The notes below the pieces were generated by a model. The model saw nothing but the letters and a program-made list of their open reading frames with translations, ran no database searches and was not told the DNA's origin. 64,000 bases of DNA from contig CBDESU010000001.1 of NCBI GenBank assembly GCA_965242695.1, positions 544,001 through 608,000 on the forward strand. Reading direction: 5' to 3'. This document shows, piece after piece, positions 61,868 through 64,000 of this stretch (position 1 is its first letter; each line of letters starts with the position of its first letter). The translations under genes and the position numbers were made by a program. This stretch comes from Cenarchaeum sp. GTDB lineage: Archaea; Thermoproteota; Nitrososphaeria; Nitrososphaerales; Nitrosopumilaceae.

Positions 61868-62458
61868 GTGGCAGAAAGCGGAACCGTCCTTGACGTGGGC
61901 AACGCCGTGCAGGCGTCGATCCTCCTGTTCGCCGCCGAGGGCGGCGAGCCGGTCGCGAGCCGGACTAGGATGAGAATGATGGTGTTCTACCTGCTGAAGC
62001 ACATGGGGCCGATTGCGGGCAGGGGCCTTGGCGGCACGGATGCGCACGCGCGCTACGACAGCGGCGACGTCGACGCCGAGCTGCGGCGCCTTTCCGATGC
62101 GGGCGCCGTGCGCTGCGGCCGCCCGGGTATCGAGGCCACCGAAGCGGGAAGGGTTGCCGCCGATGCGCTAGCGGAGCGGCTCGGCAAGCACGCCGCGACC
62201 ATGCTGCGCAACGCCAAGGAATTTTTCAACAGCATGACAGACGGCGAGGCGCTCGTGTATGCCCGCGCGGCGTACCCCGGCGCGGCAGGGAGGCAGGATG
62301 CGCCCGAAGGGGACGAGCCGGAGGTTGTGGAAGACGTTCTGTTCGGCCTGATAGACAGGGGGATAATCAGCACGGGGCATGCCGCTAGGCTGCTGAACCG
62401 GAGCAGGGAGGACGTCATGCGCATGGTGAGCGCGGCCGGCATACCGGTGCTCAACTAG
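61868..62458 (+). CDS. YwgA/Panacea-like + UPF0175-like protein, copy A6
   Basis: Paralogue; upstream spacer homologous to that of A3. Confidence 0.8.
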   Translation: MAESGTVLDVGNAVQASILLFAAEGGEPVASRTRMRMMVFYLLKHMGPIAGRGLGGTDAHARYDSGDVDAELRRLSDAGAVRCGRPGIEATEAGRVAADALAERLGKHAATMLRNAKEFFNSMTDGEALVYARAAYPGAAGRQDAPEGDEPEVVEDVLFGLIDRGIISTGHAARLLNRSREDVMRMVSAAGIPVLN

Positions 62459-62720
62459 GCGCGGCGCGGGGGCGGCAGGGCGACGAATCCTCGGGGATGC
62501 TGCCAAGGGCAGTCCGCGCGCGCCGGCGTGCCCCGGTGCGGCCGGGGGGCGGAAGGGCGCGCACGGCATGGATGGGCAGAGGTCGGCGCAGGCTGTCCTG
62601 TTCTGACCGGTAGGAGGGGCAAGATCGCCACGGGACGCGCCGCCAGGCCGCCGCGCCGGGGCCGCGGGGACGCCGTGCGCACGGCGAGCGCCGCCGGCGC
62701 TCTGCCGGGCGCCACACGGG
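62459..62720 (+). pseudogene. Remnant: PIN-gene leader joined to a decayed UPF0175 3' fragment
   Basis: 62470-62531 matches 57980-58042; 'ggcaagatcgccacgggacgcgccgcc...acggcgagcgccgccggc' matches the 3' end of the A copies. Confidence 0.65.
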
Positions 62721-62787
62721 GCGGCGATCCTGTCCGGCCCCGCCCGCCCCGCGAACGCTCTAAATACGCGCGGGCCGCACGCCGGCC

Positions 62788-63078
62788 GTGTTCGCCATCG
62801 ACAGGCGCCTGCTCGCCGGCGGCGCGGCCATGATCGCCGCCGGCATCGCCATATCGCTGCACCTGTCGGCCTCGATGCCGGTCGGCACGCCTGGCATGAC
62901 CGAAGAGGCAGCGGCCGAGCTGATACTCGACCAGCGCGCGAACCGCGACATGGGGATGCTCGCGACCCTGCTAGCCGGCGTCGGGTTCCTGCTCGTCCTG
63001 GTCAGCTTTGGGGCGAGGCGCAGGCGCCGGGCGGGGGGCGCCCCGGCGGTGCGCGCGCAGGAGCGGCCGGCCGAGTAG
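62788..63078 (+). CDS. Small two-TM membrane protein
   Basis: TATA 'taaata' upstream; two hydrophobic helices flanking 'TPGMTEE'. Confidence 0.75.
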   Translation: MFAIDRRLLAGGAAMIAAGIAISLHLSASMPVGTPGMTEEAAAELILDQRANRDMGMLATLLAGVGFLLVLVSFGARRRRRAGGAPAVRAQERPAE

Positions 63079-63091
63079 CGGGCCCGTTCGA

Positions 63092-64000
63092 CTAGAGCCT
63101 CCTGAGTATCCCAAAGTGCGTGTCGCGCTGCGCGGCCGGCCTGCCGATCTCGCGCGCCATCGAGGCGAGCCCCTCCAGCGACGACTCGGCCGGCTTGCCG
63201 GCGGCCCGGTATATCTCCTCGGAGAATGCGGTGCCGACCAGGTCGTTGCCGCCGGACGCGAGTGCGACCTGGGCGAGCTTTCTGCCGTACGCGACCCAGT
63301 ACACGGATATGTTGTCTAGGGCGCCGGCGAGCATGAGGCGCGAGAGCGCGACGACCCTCAGGTCGTAGAGCGACGAGCACTCGCGCTCGACCATCCCCTT
63401 CTGCTCGAGCTCTGTATTGTCCAGGCTGAACCTGAGCGGAATGAACGTGATGAACCCGCCCGTGCGCTCCTGCAGGGCGCGTATGCGCGCGAGGTGGTCG
63501 ACGACGTGCTCTATCCGTTCTACGTGCCCGTACAGCATCGTCGCGTTGCTGCGTATGCCGAGCGAGTGCGCCTGCTCCATCGTGTCTAGCCACTGCTCGC
63601 CGGTGCACTTGCCGCGCGCGACGGCCGGGCGCACGGACGGGTCGAGTATCTCGGCGCCGCCGCCTGGCATCGAGTCGAGGCCGGCGTCGCGCAGGCGGGC
63701 GAGGACCTCGCGGACGGTGTTCTTTGTGAGCCTGGCGATGAAGAAGACCTCGGCCGCGGTGAACGCCTTTACGTTCATTGCAGGCTGCGAGCGCTTTATG
63801 GCGCGCATCATATTCTCGTAGTAGTCTAGGCCGAGGCGGGGGTGGAACCCGCCGACTATGTGGACCTCGGTCGCCCCCATGCGGCTTGCGGCGGCGACGC
63901 GCGCCTCCATCTGCTCGGGCGTGAGCGTGTACGCATCGTCGTTTCCCTCGCGCCGGTAGAACGCGCACATCTGGCAGCTTGCCGCGCACACGTTCGTGTA
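63092..64000 (-). CDS. mqnE: CofH/MqnE-family radical SAM enzyme, probably aminofutalosine synthase; 5' end outside the window
   Basis: 'TNVCAASCQMCAF', 'EVHIVGG', 'MPGGGAEI', 'SNATMLYGH', 'FITFIPLRF'. Confidence 0.85.
   Translation of the reverse strand, partial: YTNVCAASCQMCAFYRREGNDDAYTLTPEQMEARVAAASRMGATEVHIVGGFHPRLGLDYYENMMRAIKRSQPAMNVKAFTAAEVFFIARLTKNTVREVLARLRDAGLDSMPGGGAEILDPSVRPAVARGKCTGEQWLDTMEQAHSLGIRSNATMLYGHVERIEHVVDHLARIRALQERTGGFITFIPLRFSLDNTELEQKGMVERECSSLYDLRVVALSRLMLAGALDNISVYWVAYGRKLAQVALASGGNDLVGTAFSEEIYRAAGKPAESSLEGLASMAREIGRPAAQRDTHFGILRRL

Overview
Very GC-rich archaeal DNA. Gene content (type II GAPDH, DUF6659-like and other Nitrosopumilaceae-type small proteins, a CFI-box-CTERM surface protein, TATA boxes about 25 bp before leaderless starts, expanded NHL and TPR repeats) points to a Cenarchaeum-like thaumarchaeal (Nitrososphaerota) symbiont; this is an inference. 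Housekeeping genes (ubiX, bioF, bioB, gap, class III cyclase, ilvA, mqnE) are interleaved with many defence and host-interaction modules. These are: a left-end defence cluster (ABC-type AAA ATPase, type II R-M pair, P-loop/deoxyribosyltransferase-like fusion, YwgA/Panacea-like gene); a STAND-like NTPase; a low-GC MmeI-like type IIL R-M gene; two NHL surface proteins; a ~12.5 kb Ig-like repeat surface gene; a duplicated DUF5678/aspartyl-protease module; and a TPR-antitoxin-like fusion coupled to a RelE toxin. The most striking structure is a ~6 kb array (56652-62720) of six diversified YwgA/Panacea-like + UPF0175 antitoxin-like paralogues and two disrupted DUF3368-type PIN genes, one broken by a 91-bp palindromic MITE with a TA target duplication. 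Family assignments come from motif recognition by eye, without database searches. Many single-base frameshifts may be assembly errors.
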